From NCBI GenBank assembly GCA_964106915.2, contig OZ066915.1: a DNA stretch of 64,000 nucleotides, one strand, 5' to 3'. The DNA is from Podarcis gaigeae (Eukaryota). Of the stretch, positions 14,574 through 27,373 are shown piece after piece; position 1 is the first letter of the stretch; each line of letters starts with the position of its first letter. Both the position numbers and the translations under genes were made by a program. The notes beneath the pieces were generated by a model. The model was not told the origin of the DNA. It made no database searches and worked only from the letters and a program-made list of their open reading frames with translations.

Positions 14574-14924
14574 GGGACGCGGGTGGCGCTGTGGGTTAAA
14601 CCACAGAGCCTAGGACTTGCCGATCAGAAGGTCGGTGGTTCAAATCCCCTCAACGGGGTGAGATCCCATTGCTCGGTCCCTGCTCCTGCCCACATAGCAG
14701 TTCGAAAGCACATCAAAGTGCGAGTAGATAAATAGGTACCACTCCGGTGGGAAGGTAAACGGCGTTTCCGTGTGCTGCTCTGGTTCACCAGAAGCGGCTT
14801 AGTCATGCTGCCCACATGACCCGGAAGCTGTACGTCAGCTCCCTCGGCCAATAAAGCGAGATGAGCGCCGCAACCCCAGAGTTGGCCACGACTGGACCTA
14901 ATGGTCAGGGGTCCCTTTACCTTT
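14574..14924 (+). mobile_element. Full-length Sauria SINE
   Basis: tRNA-like head (gtggcgctgtgg...ggttcaaatccc), 3' ACCTTT tail, TSD ACATTGGTGATAGG on both sides. Confidence 0.93.
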
Positions 14925-15099
14925 ACATTGGTGATAGGCTCCCTGAAGTACATCCGAGAAGAACTAGCTGCTGTTGTGTCAACTCAACCTATTCTCCAAC
15001 AAGACTATGTAGCCTGGCACCATTTACTCTGTCCGCAACAGACCAGACGGGGGCATAACCGGGAGAGAGAGAGAGTGTGTGTGTGTGTGTTTTAAGGAG

Positions 15100-15734
15100 A
15101 GCCAAACTACAGACACGCAGTTGTGTTATTGGAGGTGCAAGACAGGCCTCGGCTGCCTGATGCCGCCCCCCCCCCCCCCCGGTCGGTGCTCGCGGGACTT
15201 TCTCTTTCCGCCTGATGGGGGAGGCTACCTGTTCATCCACAGCCACGGTGCCCAGTTCGCTGGCCGGCCTCCGCCGAAGCCCTCGCCTCTTCTCCCCCTG
15301 CCCAGCCCTACTGGCTCCTCCTCTCGCCTCCAACCATCCGTTACCACTGCGTCTCTCATTCATCCGCAGTGCCAGAGCACGACGTTCGCCACAAGGCTCA
15401 TTTGCAGAAGCTGTTTGAAGATGTCGAGCTGAACTACAACACAGAGGATGAGGGAAGGGGCTCCCGCTGGCGGCTGCGCCATGTCCCTGCCTCCTATCAC
15501 GCCACCACCTGCTGCCGCCCCCCGACTCCAGCTCCAGAATGTGCAGCAGCCGACCCGGGGGTCTCCCCAAAAGGCGCCGCGCCTCCCCTCGCGCCAGCCA
15601 AGCCCCCTTGGAAAGGTTGGAAAAGTTTGCTGACCCCTGGATAAGTAGGACCCTCACTCGAGTATAAGCTGAGGGGGGATTTTTCAGCATTAAAAATGTG
15701 CTGGAAAAGTCGGCTTATACTTGAGTATATACGG
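15100..15734. mobile_element. Tc1/pogo-type MITE, inverted relative to 13654-14254; left end unresolved
   Basis: About 130 bp at 15600-15734 is the reverse complement of 13941-14070 and ends ...gagtatatacgg-ta. Confidence 0.65.
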
Positions 15735-15979
15735 TATATATGGTATGCTTTTAAATAAGAACTAATTAATTTTCCCCCATGGCTAAATTCTTCTCATTTG
15801 AGTGTTAACCATTTTAGAAAAAAAGATAAGCATATTGCACTCAACTTGCATTATCAGTTGCAGCATGTAATTGGCTGTGTTCATGAAAACAACATGAACA
15901 ATATGTTAAATTATGAATGAAAAATATATTTCAAATTACTTGCAGACCTTCAGAGCTCAACTCAGATTTTCAATGTGAT

Positions 15980-16100
15980 CATGGTATCTTTACAACAAAT
16001 GCAACTAAAAATGAATGAAGGAGGATTTGGTATTCCAAATCTGGAGTTATATCACCATGCTTTCTTATTGTCAAGTATAAAATACTGGAAGCCCACAATT
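15980..16100 (+). mobile_element. Degenerate L1-clade ORF2 fragment
   Basis: EGGFGIPNLELYHHAF motif (compare GGFALPDFKLYY). Confidence 0.6.
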
Positions 16101-16759
16101 GGTGTTAATTTTCTGTTCAGGGGAACTTTAGAATATACATATATAGCATATTTGGTTTGATGGACTCTGGAAACAATTAGTTCAGTTAGAAAGATATGCA
16201 ATATAATGTTTAATAAAAATAGATTTGACTCCTTTTCCCATGCTAAATTGACCTTGACATTTGGAATGCATTTATACAAAATATAGTGGGTTAAAAATAA
16301 ACATATATGTATTTGGAAAATAATAATACATTAGAAAAGTATATATGGAGGGAAATTGTTAACTTTTATAATGATATAGTAAAACTTCTATTTTATGTTG
16401 TTCAATTAAACGGTTCTCTTTTTTCAGATTTCCACTGAAGCCCTTGGTACTGAACCAATTCATTCACCTCACCACAGGTGCTGATGAAAAGAACCAGTTA
16501 GATGTGTCCTGACATTGCTACAAATAGCTGCAACTCTTTGAGAACTAGTTTTCTGTGTGATGCTGCTGCTCTCTGTGCGTGCCTCTCTGTGTGTTTAACT
16601 CTTTCCCGTCCAAGTTACTTGCTTCCTTGCTCCCGTGATCAAGCTCTCGTGTGTATACGAGTGCATGTGTGCGTGATGATTGGAGTCCCTTGTTAGCTGT
16701 CTGTGGCACTATGCTCCTGCAAGTGGGAGGAAACTCCCTGCCCCCCAACCCACAACACA

Positions 16760-17065
16760 GGCAGTGGTGGCCTACGAGACCTTGCGGTGGTGACGGGAGC
16801 TGGTGGAGTAGCAGCGGCCACCTGTGGGGCCTTGTGGCGGCGATGGGGAGGTGGTGGCAGTAGCGGCAGCAGCCTTCAAGGCCTCAAGGTGGCAACAGCA
16901 GACTGTGAGGCCTCGCAGCAGCAACAGAAGCTGTCAGTGGTGGTCACCTGCAAGGCCTTGCAGCGGCACAAGCAGCAGCAGCTTGTGAGGCCTCATGATG
17001 GCAGCGGTAGGTGGTGGCAGTAGTGGTGGCACCCTGTGAAGCCTGGCGGCGGTGGCACAACAGGA
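16760..17065. repeat. GC-rich degenerate minisatellite / low-complexity tract
   Basis: Recurring ctgtgaggcct / gcagcagc / ggtggtggcagtag units. Confidence 0.6.
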
Positions 17066-18384
17066 GATGACCTTGGCTAAGCTAGACCCAATCAGGTCTA
17101 GCAGCTTATGTCTATAGTTCAAATTTCAATTTGCATCCCTTTAATTCCTAAACCAATTAGAGGGACCTTGCAAATTCCAATCTATTCCCATCACTTTTAA
17201 TAGGCAGCAATAGGTCTTTCCATTTACAAATGGACAGCCCAAACTACTCTTTCACAGCTGCAAGTATCAACAAAAATCACTAAACCTACACATAATGATT
17301 TGCCTCAAGGCTATAGCCTAGCCTCAAATCCCTTATGAAGTTTCAGCATGTCAACTACTAGCAAAGTGAGGAGTTACAATTTGGACAAGTTATCCAAAGT
17401 CTTGCTTCACATCCTTCTTCAAGCTGAATAAAAAGCAGGCACAGCCAGGGAGAAATTCCTCATCCTAGTCTTCTCCATCACCAGTAAAATAACCAGTATC
17501 ACAATTCCTTTATACTAATCTGCAGTCTGGCCATATCTGGAATGTTATGTATAATCCCAGTCACTCAAAAAGGTATTATGAAGCTGTAAAAGGTAGAGTG
17601 CAATCAAAGCTTTGGAGCACCTTCCCTACAAGGAAAGGCTGAAGTGTTTGAATTTGGGGCCGGGGTGGAAGGAGTCAAGTATGGGATGAAGATAAGACAG
17701 AGGTTTACAGAATTATGCATTCATTGGAGAAAGTGGATGGAGAGATTTCCTCCCCCCATAATACTCAAACTCTGGGTCAGCTAATGACAGGCAGTAAATT
17801 CAGGACAGACACACAGAAAAGCACTTCATGCAAAAAGAATGTCCTGCCACATAACTTCTTTTACTTTAAACCATATTTTTTTAAAAAATGAAAAGAAAGA
17901 GAAAACAGTTCCACGTTTCCACAAAAGGTAACATAAATTAAGCATTTCTTAAATTACACTTCTGCTCTATTGATCTCACATACCTGTCATTTTAAGGATT
18001 TGGGGTTGCTTTTTAAATTGGCATTACAACAGGTAGATCACTGGACATCTGTGGTATATCACTGGTTCCCCCCAAAGAAGCCCAACTGCTCCCCTAAAAA
18101 AAGCTCAAAACTTTTGCCCTGCACCTCCCAAAACGGGGCTTTCATGCTCCCTAAAAAAAAAAAAAGCTCAGCAACTTTGACGTGAACCCCTCAAAAGGGG
18201 GGGTAGATCACTACCAGTCTTTAACTCTGAGTAGATTGCAGTCTCTTGGAAGTTAGCCACTCCTGGTTTAGAGAATCCAATTCTAGTTCTGCAATTCAAT
18301 TTCTAACAAGTCAAAGCTGGTATCCCATTGGCCCTATTTTAATCTTTTACCAAGGATACATCGGCTTGTACTGTGCCTCCTTCA

Positions 18385-19195
18385 AATGAAGCAAGCTTCT
18401 TTTCTGCTGCTCCAGAGGGTAGGGCCCGAACCAATGGATTCAAGTTACAAGAAAGGAGATTCCGACTAAACATAAGAAATAACTTTCTGATGATAAGAGC
18501 TGTTCGACAGTGGAATGAACACCCTGAGGAGGCTCTCCAGTGTTAGAAACTCACCAAATGGCTCCTTGTACCAAGGTTGAAGTCGCCCAAACAGACTGTC
18601 TAGTTGCCATTTTGGGCAACACGGCTGTAAAGTCTTATTTTTTAAATGAAGGACTGACTGTGATTGACTCTCAGCTAAACATCTGGCTAGTTCAGATGAC
18701 ACCCTTGAGATGGTTAAGAGCTTTGAGAACTTAAAAGAAAAGTCACTAGACCCAAGGACAGTCCACACATATATACTGGCCTATTCCTACTGCTTTTTCT
18801 TAATGGTGACTGCTCCTGCCTATGCTGCACAGAAAAAGCAACTTGGTTCCAGAAATTCATTCCAACTGTGCAAATAACATGTAATGGATTAATTCTACAG
18901 GATGGGGTATTAGTGTGTGAAAACTGTCCAGATCCAGTGATCCCCAGATAGTGGATATGTCAGGTGCAATCCTGGTGCCCAGGCATCTTCAGTTGGTCAG
19001 AAGTGGTCAAAAGGCAAATGCAAAATGCACCTGGCTAATTTCTAACACTGGGGCTCCCCATTGGAGGTTTTTAAGCAGAGGTTGGATGGCCATCTGTCAG
19101 GGATACTTTAGCTGAGATTCCTGAATTGCAACAGGTTGGACTAGATGACCTTTGGAATCTCTTCCAACGTTATGATTTTTATTATTTTAATTCTA
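18385..19195 (+). mobile_element. CR1 LINE 3' end split by a DNA transposon
   Basis: 18385-18537 and 19051-19195 are collinear with the CR1 at 22420-22676. Confidence 0.8.
18538..19050. mobile_element. Non-autonomous hAT-like DNA transposon
   Basis: TIR CAGTGTTAGAAA...TTTCTAACACTG; degenerate 8-bp TSD aggctctc/gggctccc; related termini at about 21941 and 24391. Confidence 0.75.
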
Positions 19196-22094
19196 TGCTC
19201 TCCTGGCATTTCTCTACATTAAAACCAACTATATGCATTATGATATGCATATAATTGACAGTTTTCTTTCACATCTGATTTTCTGATCCAAAAGCTCTTC
19301 AAATTTCATTAGCTTCTCAATTCTTAAAATTTCCTTTGCTGTTTGAATGAGAAAACGCTGTGTTCGTAAAAACCAATAAAACTAGTATCTGTATAAGCCA
19401 TTCATTTTCATTATGATCTGCTCAATCTTGAATTCCATTACCATTTTAACAATAAATGCAAGCTTCAATATGTACTGCCCATACCCAGGTTAAAGAACTT
19501 AAAGGCTCCAACCCAGCTTTGCATCTCTATTAGCATAGAGGCAACTCCAGCAAATCCAGTAAGGCCCAGATGATCATTATAATGGGATTAATCATTCACA
19601 CTGCATATGTAGTACAGAAGCCTGCATCTATGCACACACCTTCTCTTATAGATCAGGTTGAGTTTAATGGTAACCATACCTTGGTTCAAAATAAAGTAGC
19701 TACAAAGGTGGTTCTCCATCTTCATAAATTTTTCAAAACAGCTACCTCATCATGGTTGCCTTTCATATATGCCCAAGTAGAAATACTTTCACGTGAATTG
19801 TTGAGCAGACATTGAATCATCTTAACTCTGGATATTCCCTTATCTAATATTTAGGCAAGTTTTATTTAAAGGATTTCTCAGGTTCAGTGTGTTTCCCATT
19901 TTAAGTCTGCTGTTGCTTCACAGTTTTCATATTTTAATAATTCAAGTTAAACAAGTCATATTGCTGCTAAAATTACCCCCCCAAAAAGCATAGAACAGGA
20001 TATTAATTAATATCAAAGCTATAAGTCTCTGGAAATTCAAGAATTTTTTTATTTCAAATTAAGTTATAGCCATTCCATCCTGCCAACAGCATACGCATTC
20101 ATATTGTGGCACATCCAAAATGGAAATAGGAAGCACATTAGACATCAAGTCTTCCTTACTTCTCTGCAGCCCTTGCCACAACAATATTCAGCTCCTCTGA
20201 CCTTTGAGCTAAGAAGGCAATCAGAGTTGGTCCTAAGCATGATAAGCAAAGAGGAAATACAGATGAAAACTCAATAATTTAACTAAGTTCCAACCTCCCG
20301 GCTTCCAGGGCACCTTGACAATGCCAAGGTCCTCAGGGTCACTTCCAACTCTGATTCTATGAGACATCTAGGAGTTTTTGACCACATGTACCCTATAAAG
20401 GCATCTATATCTTTCCCAATAGAGACTCCTACCTATCCTGAACTCCCACTCTCTCAGTTTAAGCAGTTTGGATGACCGCATGTAGACATTTTACTTTACA
20501 AATACTGTAAACAGAAATCCCCAAATGCCCCTACACTAAATCAAGTTTTCCCTGGTTTTCACCCCATTTGAATTGCTAAAAGCAATAGAGTACAAGCCAA
20601 ACCCTCTTAACACTTCCAACAAAACAACATCTTCTGAAGGGGCAGATGTCCAGCACAGAAGCTGCCTTGTCACAACTAGTAGTATCCAACAAATGAGCAA
20701 TTGAATAAGCCTGAGACAGTCTCATCCTTGCTTCTAGAGCCTTTTGCCTAATAAGAGGAGGAATTTCTATTTCCATAGAAATATGCCAAGCTAACTGGGG
20801 GAATAAATGGCTTTAATAAGTCATTTTAAAGCTGCAAGTCCAGCAGCTGATAAGCTACTGATTCTGTAAAAAGAGACTTCATGGAAAAATTTCACTAATT
20901 GAAGAACTACCAATTTGAGCTTTAAAAGTAGGGTGAAGGTCAGCAGCTGCCAATGTTATGCAGAGCACAAAGGTAAAAGGAGATATCTTCATTATTCTAA
21001 ATGATGACTGACTTTTCAATGCTGAATTCCACAATGGTTTCTACCCTATAAGAACTGATCAACTATCAAAGGTCAAAAGACTCCATTGATATTTGTCACT
21101 GATGGAATTCCTTTCCACAATGGATATAGTGGATATAGACGAAGTCTAAAATTAACTGCTGCCAGCTGTGTTTTCTTTTGTAGGCATGCACATGTGTTCA
21201 TCTGTTCCATTTTAGAAAGCAGGATAACCACTAAACTGTAAACTGATGGAGGTGGGAAATTCTTGTGCATATATTGTACATCCAAGATTAGAGAAGGCAA
21301 GCAACACCACAGAATCATTATCAACGCTGCAGTATATCAAGGTGTTGTTGTTTTTATCTAAGGGGAAACAATTCTATTCAGTTATTGTCTCTGCTGTCCA
21401 TTATGATAGTAGCGAGCAATTGTAAAAACTGTCTGAATATTTTCAGTTCATCTGATGTAGTACGTAAAGCAGCTTCCAGAACTCAACGAAATTTTGTGCT
21501 CAATGCAAAGTCCAAGAAATGGAACAAAACTAGACACCTTTTTAAAAAAGGATATACATCTTCTCACAAACTGGAAGTCTGACTTTTACTGACTTTTATA
21601 ACAGGCATGGGAGAAAATGTTGGAATTCCTAGTCACCAACACCGTGGGAAGATATCCAACTAAGTCATACTCTAAGTAGACCCATACTCAGAGTATGACT
21701 AGTGTTTTTAGGAGCCAGCCCTGCCAAAATCTGAAATACTGCAACTGATAACACATACTGGAAGGAAAAGATGTGGGCATGTCCTGTCAAGGACTCTTTC
21801 TGGCGAGAAATTATTGCTTGTATTAACTTTGCTTTGGAAAAATCATGGATATTTGCAGATGTTCATACACTCTTAAATCATATTCCTGGAATGTAGGACC
21901 CAACAGATGGACAAGGAAAGTGGACCCTACGAGCCCTTAAAGTGTTAGAAACTCAGACATACAAGCTGATCATCAAATGGCAACGTAAACCTAGGTCACA
22001 GTTGCCACAACAGGCTGTCTAGGCGCCATCCCCCCCCAAATAGAGTTTATTGTTCCTATTTATTTTTCATTGTTTATTGGCGGACCACAAGCTT

Positions 22095-23060
22095 ACTGTG
22101 ATCCAGCAGTTAAAGCTATTCTAGGTTGCATCAACAGAAGTATAGTGTCCAGATCAATGGAAGTAATAGTACCACTCTATTCTGCCTTAGTCAGACCACA
22201 CTTGGAATACTGTGTCCACTTCTGGGTGCCACAATTTAAGAAGGACGTTGACAAGCTGGAATATGTGCAGAGGAGGGCAACAAAGATGATCAAGGGTCTG
22301 GAAACAAAGCCTTACAAGGAGCGGTTTGAAGGAGCCAATGATGTTTAGCCTGAAAAAAGAGGAGACTGAGAGGAGAGATAATAGCCATCTTCACATATCT
22401 AAAGGGCTATCACATGGAATATGGAGCAGGTTTGTTTTCTCCTGCTCTGTAGGGTAGGACTTGAACCAATGGCTTCAAGTTACAAGAAGGAAGATTCCGA
22501 TATCAGGAAAAACTTTCTGACATCAAGAGCTGTTCAACAGTGGAACAGTCTCCCTCAGGAGGTGGTGGACTCTCCTTTGGAGGTTTTTAAGCAGAGCTTG
22601 GGTGGCCATCTGTCATGGATGCTCTAGCTGAGATTCCTGCATTGCAGAGGGTTGGACTAGATGACCCTTGGGTTCCGGAATGAAGCTAAGTGGTTTTAGC
22701 AGTAATGTTACAAAGGAGTATGTAAAAACTGGATTGTTAACAGGTGAGAATGTAAAGTTATAATATATTAAGCTAAAGGATTAAGATAAAAACAAAGAGG
22801 GAAAGGATTTGCTGAATTAACTAACTGAACTGGAATACAAAAAAGGGAGGTGTGAGGAGGTCAGGGAAACAAGTAAATGAAAGATAAGACATGGAAAAAC
22901 TGATTTGTTTTTAATGGTTTTTATTTTTCTGTATTTTGTATCTTTTGTTTCGTTTGTTTCTCTTTTTCTTATTTTGTAATCTTTTTTGAAACTTTAATAA
23001 ATATCACTTTTTTAAAAAAATGACCCTTGGGTTCCTTCCAGCTCTACGATTCTACAATTA
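22095..23060 (+). mobile_element. CR1 LINE 3' part, interrupted by an L1 3' UTR
   Basis: [36 protein letters not shown] is typical of the CR1 ORF2 C-terminal region; CR1 tail resumes at 23020. Confidence 0.92.
22677..23019 (+). mobile_element. 5'-truncated L1-clade element (3' UTR only)
   Basis: Similar to the 3' UTR at 26010-26300; AATAAA and A tail; TSD ATGACCCTTGGGTTCC. Confidence 0.88.
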
Positions 23061-23178
23061 TTATTATTAATTTCATTTCTATACCACTTTATATTTTAAA
23101 GGAAAAAAATCTCAAAGCCATTTACAACACATTAAAACATCAGATAAAGCAATCCAGATTAAAACACAATCAAGCTTC

Positions 23179-23931
23179 GCGTGGCATGAACTATGGGATG
23201 TAAATCTGAAATTTACGGCCTGAACGACATTGAAGGAGAATATATGGAAAATAATATATAGGTGGCATCTTACGCTGGTAAAACTGGCAAAGATGTACAA
23301 AATGAAAAACAAGAAATGTTGGAAATGTGAAGAGGCGGAGGGAGAAGACCTCTACCACATGTGGTGTACCTATGGTAAAGTGAAGGGCTTCTGGGAATTA
23401 ATTTATAATGAACTTTTAAAAGTTTTTAAGTACACTTTTCCAAAAAAACTCCAAAGCCTTTCTATTGGGACTGACAGGGTAGGAAATTGAAAAGAAAGCT
23501 AAAAATCTTTTTCTGTATGCCACGACGGCAGCATGAACTATGCTGGCCCAGAATTGGAAAACAGATGTAATACCTACTACATGGAATGGCAGGTTAAAAT
23601 GATGAATTATGCAGAACTGGCCAGATTATCAGTAAAAATACAAGACCAGGATGAACAGAAGTTTTATGAAAGTTGGAGCAAATATTTGGTGTATATAAGA
23701 GACAATTGTTAAACCTTAAAGACACTGGCAGGGTTAGATTAACTCTAACAGCATGGGGTAAAGCAGATAAACAAACAGAATACTTGATGTAAGAAAATAT
23801 ATTATACTTACTGAAGGGGTGGAGGGAAGTATGAAGCTCGGCAGAATCAAAAATATATGTGGGATTTATTTGTATAATGAATGTATGTTTAATGAAAATC
23901 AATAAAAATTTATTGGTAAAAAAAAAACCAC
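23179..23931 (+). mobile_element. 5'-truncated L1-clade LINE
   Basis: ORF2 C-terminal CWKC...YHMWC zinc-knuckle region; A tail; TSD ACACAATCAAGCTTC. Confidence 0.9.
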
Positions 23932-24045
23932 ACACAATCAAGCTTCAAGGGAAGTATTTCAGATCCTTCTCTGACATATTGCTTCCCTCTTATTTATTTG
24001 CCTACTAAATTTATATAGCTGTTCCATAGCAGAAGTACTCTAGGA

Positions 24046-24256
24046 AGCCAGGGTGTTGTAGTGGTTAAGAGTGTTGGACTATGACCTGGAAGGCCAGGGT
24101 TCATATCCCCCCTCAGTCATGAAGTTCACTGGGTGACCTTGGGCCAGTCACAGCCTCTTAAAGTACCTCACATGGTCATTGTAGGGATTAACTGAGGAGG
24201 GAGGTGAACCATGTACTCCTTGGAGGAAAAGGTGGGATATAAATGCAATAAATAAG
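24046..24256 (+). mobile_element. tRNA-derived (CORE/MIR-like) SINE
   Basis: A/B-box-like head (gtagtggttaagag...gggttcatatccc), gtgaccttgggc core, AAATA tail. Confidence 0.75.
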
Positions 24257-24521
24257 CTCTTCTCCTTACCTGCTGAAGAAAGCTGGAGGGGCCAGCCAGA
24301 TGGAGATGTCATTCGCCAACCTGGCATCCAGATATCTCCATGTGGTCACAATTGGACCTGTGCAAAATGCGCCTGGCTAATTTCTAACACTGTCTTATGG
24401 TTGCAAAGAGACTTACACCACAAGGCTGGAAGAATAAACACCATTCATCTCAGTGCTCTGAAAATTTCACCACCTTTTCTACATGTGAGTGTACAGTTTA
24501 TAATCATCAATATCATTTTGG

Positions 24522-26295
24522 GTTTGACTGTGGTGAAGAAAGTGAAATACCTGGGGATTAATATGACAGCTAAAAATGGGAACTTATTTAAAGATAATTA
24601 TGAAAAATGTTGGATGGAAGTGAAAAAAGATTTAGAAATTTGGTCAAATTTGAAGCTTTCCTTGTTGGGTCGAATTGCAGCTATAAAGATGAATGTATTG
24701 CCTAGAATGTTGTTTTTGTTTCAAACATTGCAAATTCTGGACAAGATGGACTGTTTCAAGAAGTGACAGAAAGATATTTCTAGATTTGTCTGGCAGGGCA
24801 AGAAGCCCAGAATAAAAATTAAGATATTAACTGATGCAAAGGAAAGGGGTGGATTTGCCCTGCCAGACTTCAAACTTTATTATGAATCAGCCGCATTCTG
24901 CTGGTTGAAAGACTGGCTGCTTCTTGAGAACACAGACATTATGGACCTAGAAGGTTTTAATAATGTTTTTGGATGGCATGCATATTTATGGTACGACAAG
25001 GTCAAAGCACATAAAGCATTTAAAAACCATATTGTCAGGAAAGCATTGTTTAATGTTTGGATAAGATATAAAGACCTATTGGAAAATAAAACCCTAAGGT
25101 GGTTGTCCCCAATGGAAGCGAAAGCTCAGAAAAAACTCAATATGGAGGCCAAATGGCCAAAATATTGGGAAATTTTGGAACAAGGCGGAGATAGATTGAA
25201 ACTGCAGAGTTTTGATAAATTAAAAAACAAAGTGCGAGATTGGCTTCATTATTACCAGATAATGGAGGCATATAATTTGGACAAGAAAATTGGCTTCCAG
25301 GTGGAAAAATCGAAATTAGAAACAGAGCTGTTAGAACCTAAAACTAAGATTTTGTCAAAGATTTATAACTTGCTGTTGAAATGGAACACTCAGGATGAAA
25401 CGGTGAAATCTCCTATGATTAAATGGGCACAAGATGTTGGACATAATATTATGTTTGCTGACTGGGAACAGTTATGGACCACAGGTATGAAGTTTACGGC
25501 ATGTAATGTCTTAAGAGAGAATATTATGAAAATGATTTACAGGTGGTACATGACCCCAGTTAAGCTTGCAAAAATTTATCATTTGCTCAATAACAAATGT
25601 TGGAAATGTAAAGAAAATGAAGGTACATTCTTTCACCTTTGGTGGACATGCCCAAGGATTAAGGCTTTCTGGGAAATGATATATAATGAAATGAAAAAGG
25701 TATTTAAATATACCTTCTTGAAGAAACCAGACGCCTTTCTCCTAGGCATGGTCGGCCAATTGGTGCCAAAGAAGGATAGAACTTTTTTTATGTATGCTAC
25801 AACAGCAGCAAGAATACTCATTGCAAAGTATTGGAAGACACAGGATCTACCCACTCTGGAAGAATGGCAGATGAAGGTGATGGACTATATGGGATTGGCT
25901 GAAATGACTGGCAGAATCCGAGACCAGGGAGAAGAGTCGGCGGAAGAAGATTGGAAGAAATTCAAAGACTATTTACAGAAATATTGCAAAATTAATGAAT
26001 GTTAGAATGATGTCGGATAGAAATTAAGTGGTTTCCAGCTGTAATGTATTAAAAGAATATGGGAAAAAAAAGGTTTAGAAATAGGTTAAAGTTTATTGAT
26101 AAAGATTTGCCGAACTTACAATTTGAATTGGAATACAAAGAAGGGAGGTATGAGGAGGTCTGGGAAGTAAGTTAAAGGAAAATAAGTTATGGAAAATTTG
26201 TGTGTTTTTAATTATCTTTTTATTTTTCTATTTTTGTTATTTTTTTCTTTTCTTTTTTGATTTTTTATTGTATTAGCATTGAAAAATTTAATAAA

Positions 26296-26333
<38 letters not shown>
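24522..26333 (+). mobile_element. Young 5'-truncated L1-clade LINE (ORF2 C-terminal part) with (TA)n tail
   Basis: KYLGI, LSLLGRIAAIKMNVLPR and CWKC..GTFFHLWWTC motifs; one frame to 26005 with a single TGA at 24764-24766; exact 18-bp TSD TCATCAATATCATTTTGG. Confidence 0.95.
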
Positions 26334-26336
<3 letters not shown>

Positions 26337-26511
26337 TCAATATCATTTTGGTACATATTTGGGCATATAGGTTGCCTACATTAATTTATGAGTCTAAGTC
26401 AAGATGGCTGGAGTATTTTAATTATTAATGTCAGCGAATTGAGTTGCTTCTTTTTTATACTGTATCTGCAAATGAAAAAACAAAAACAAAACCTAGATGC
26501 AAGGCCTAAAC

Positions 26512-26794
26512 CAGGGGTCTGCAACCCGCGGCTCCGGAGCCGCATGTGGCTCTTTTACACCTTTGCTGCGGCTCCGGGACAGATACTAGCAAGGAGGCGC
26601 ATTGTGCGCCTCGACACTCCCCACTGTGGCGGGCGCTGTACTGGCTGTGACGTCACCTTCCCGCCCACTGTCAGATCGCGGCTCTGGAGATATATCTGTT
26701 GTAAATGTTGCAATGGTTTTGGGGCTCCCAGTTTTTTCTTCCTTCGGAAACGGGTCCAAGTGGCTCTTTTTGTCTTAAAGGTTGCAGACCCCTG
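26512..26794. mobile_element. hAT (Charlie-like) MITE
   Basis: TIR CAGGGGTCTGCAACC...GGTTGCAGACCCCTG; 8-bp TSD gcctaaac/ccctaaac. Confidence 0.9.
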
Positions 26795-27191
26795 CCCTAA
26801 ACCATCCTGAATTTTTCTATCAACTTCTTAGATGATAGCTACTTGTTTCTAGATGCTTGGACTTTTTTCAAAGTTGCTCCACAACCCAGGCTGTTCCCAC
26901 AAATCCCCTATCTGGAGTATGAATGGGCAAGGAGCTTAATGTACATAAAAGGATAAGTAAAATGATCTCAAGTTTAAGGGAGAGGAGACACAACTCAATT
27001 TGAAGACATGGACAAGTATAGGCTCCTGCTCTCCAGAGTTCTAGTCTGGGACACACATGCTCCTACCTTCTGTCAACAGGTGAAGATTTTGTGTGTGTGA
27101 GAGAGAGAGATGACTTTCCAGGGTACTGACTGAATTCAACCACCCTAGCAGAGACAAAGGACTGCCATCACATTGTACCAACCCAAGGAGA

Positions 27192-27373
27192 AGGGCCACA
27201 GCTCAGAGGGGGGGAATCCGCTTTACATGCCAAAGGTCCCAGCTTTGAGCCCTAGCATCTCCAGGTAGGGTTGGGGATGCCCCCTGTCTGAAACACCGGA
27301 GGGCTACTGTTAGTCAGGGCAAACAATATTAAGCTAGAAGGACCAATGGTATGTCACAGTATAAGCAGCTTTC
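27192..27373 (+). mobile_element. Old tRNA-derived squamate SINE
   Basis: Degenerate tRNA head; similar to a second copy at about 62470-62655. Confidence 0.65.

Noticed and set aside
14989-15690. 233-aa minus-strand ORF
   Set aside because: Runs through GC-rich MITE interior and a microsatellite; no domain.
19680-21359. Candidate minus-strand 5' UTR exons (about 19680-19965; acceptor near 21359)
   Set aside because: Only generic splice-like words; no ORF or recognisable homology to support them.
24905-26005. 366-aa ORF as a host gene
   Set aside because: It is the C-terminal part of L1-clade ORF2 inside a TSD-bounded insertion.
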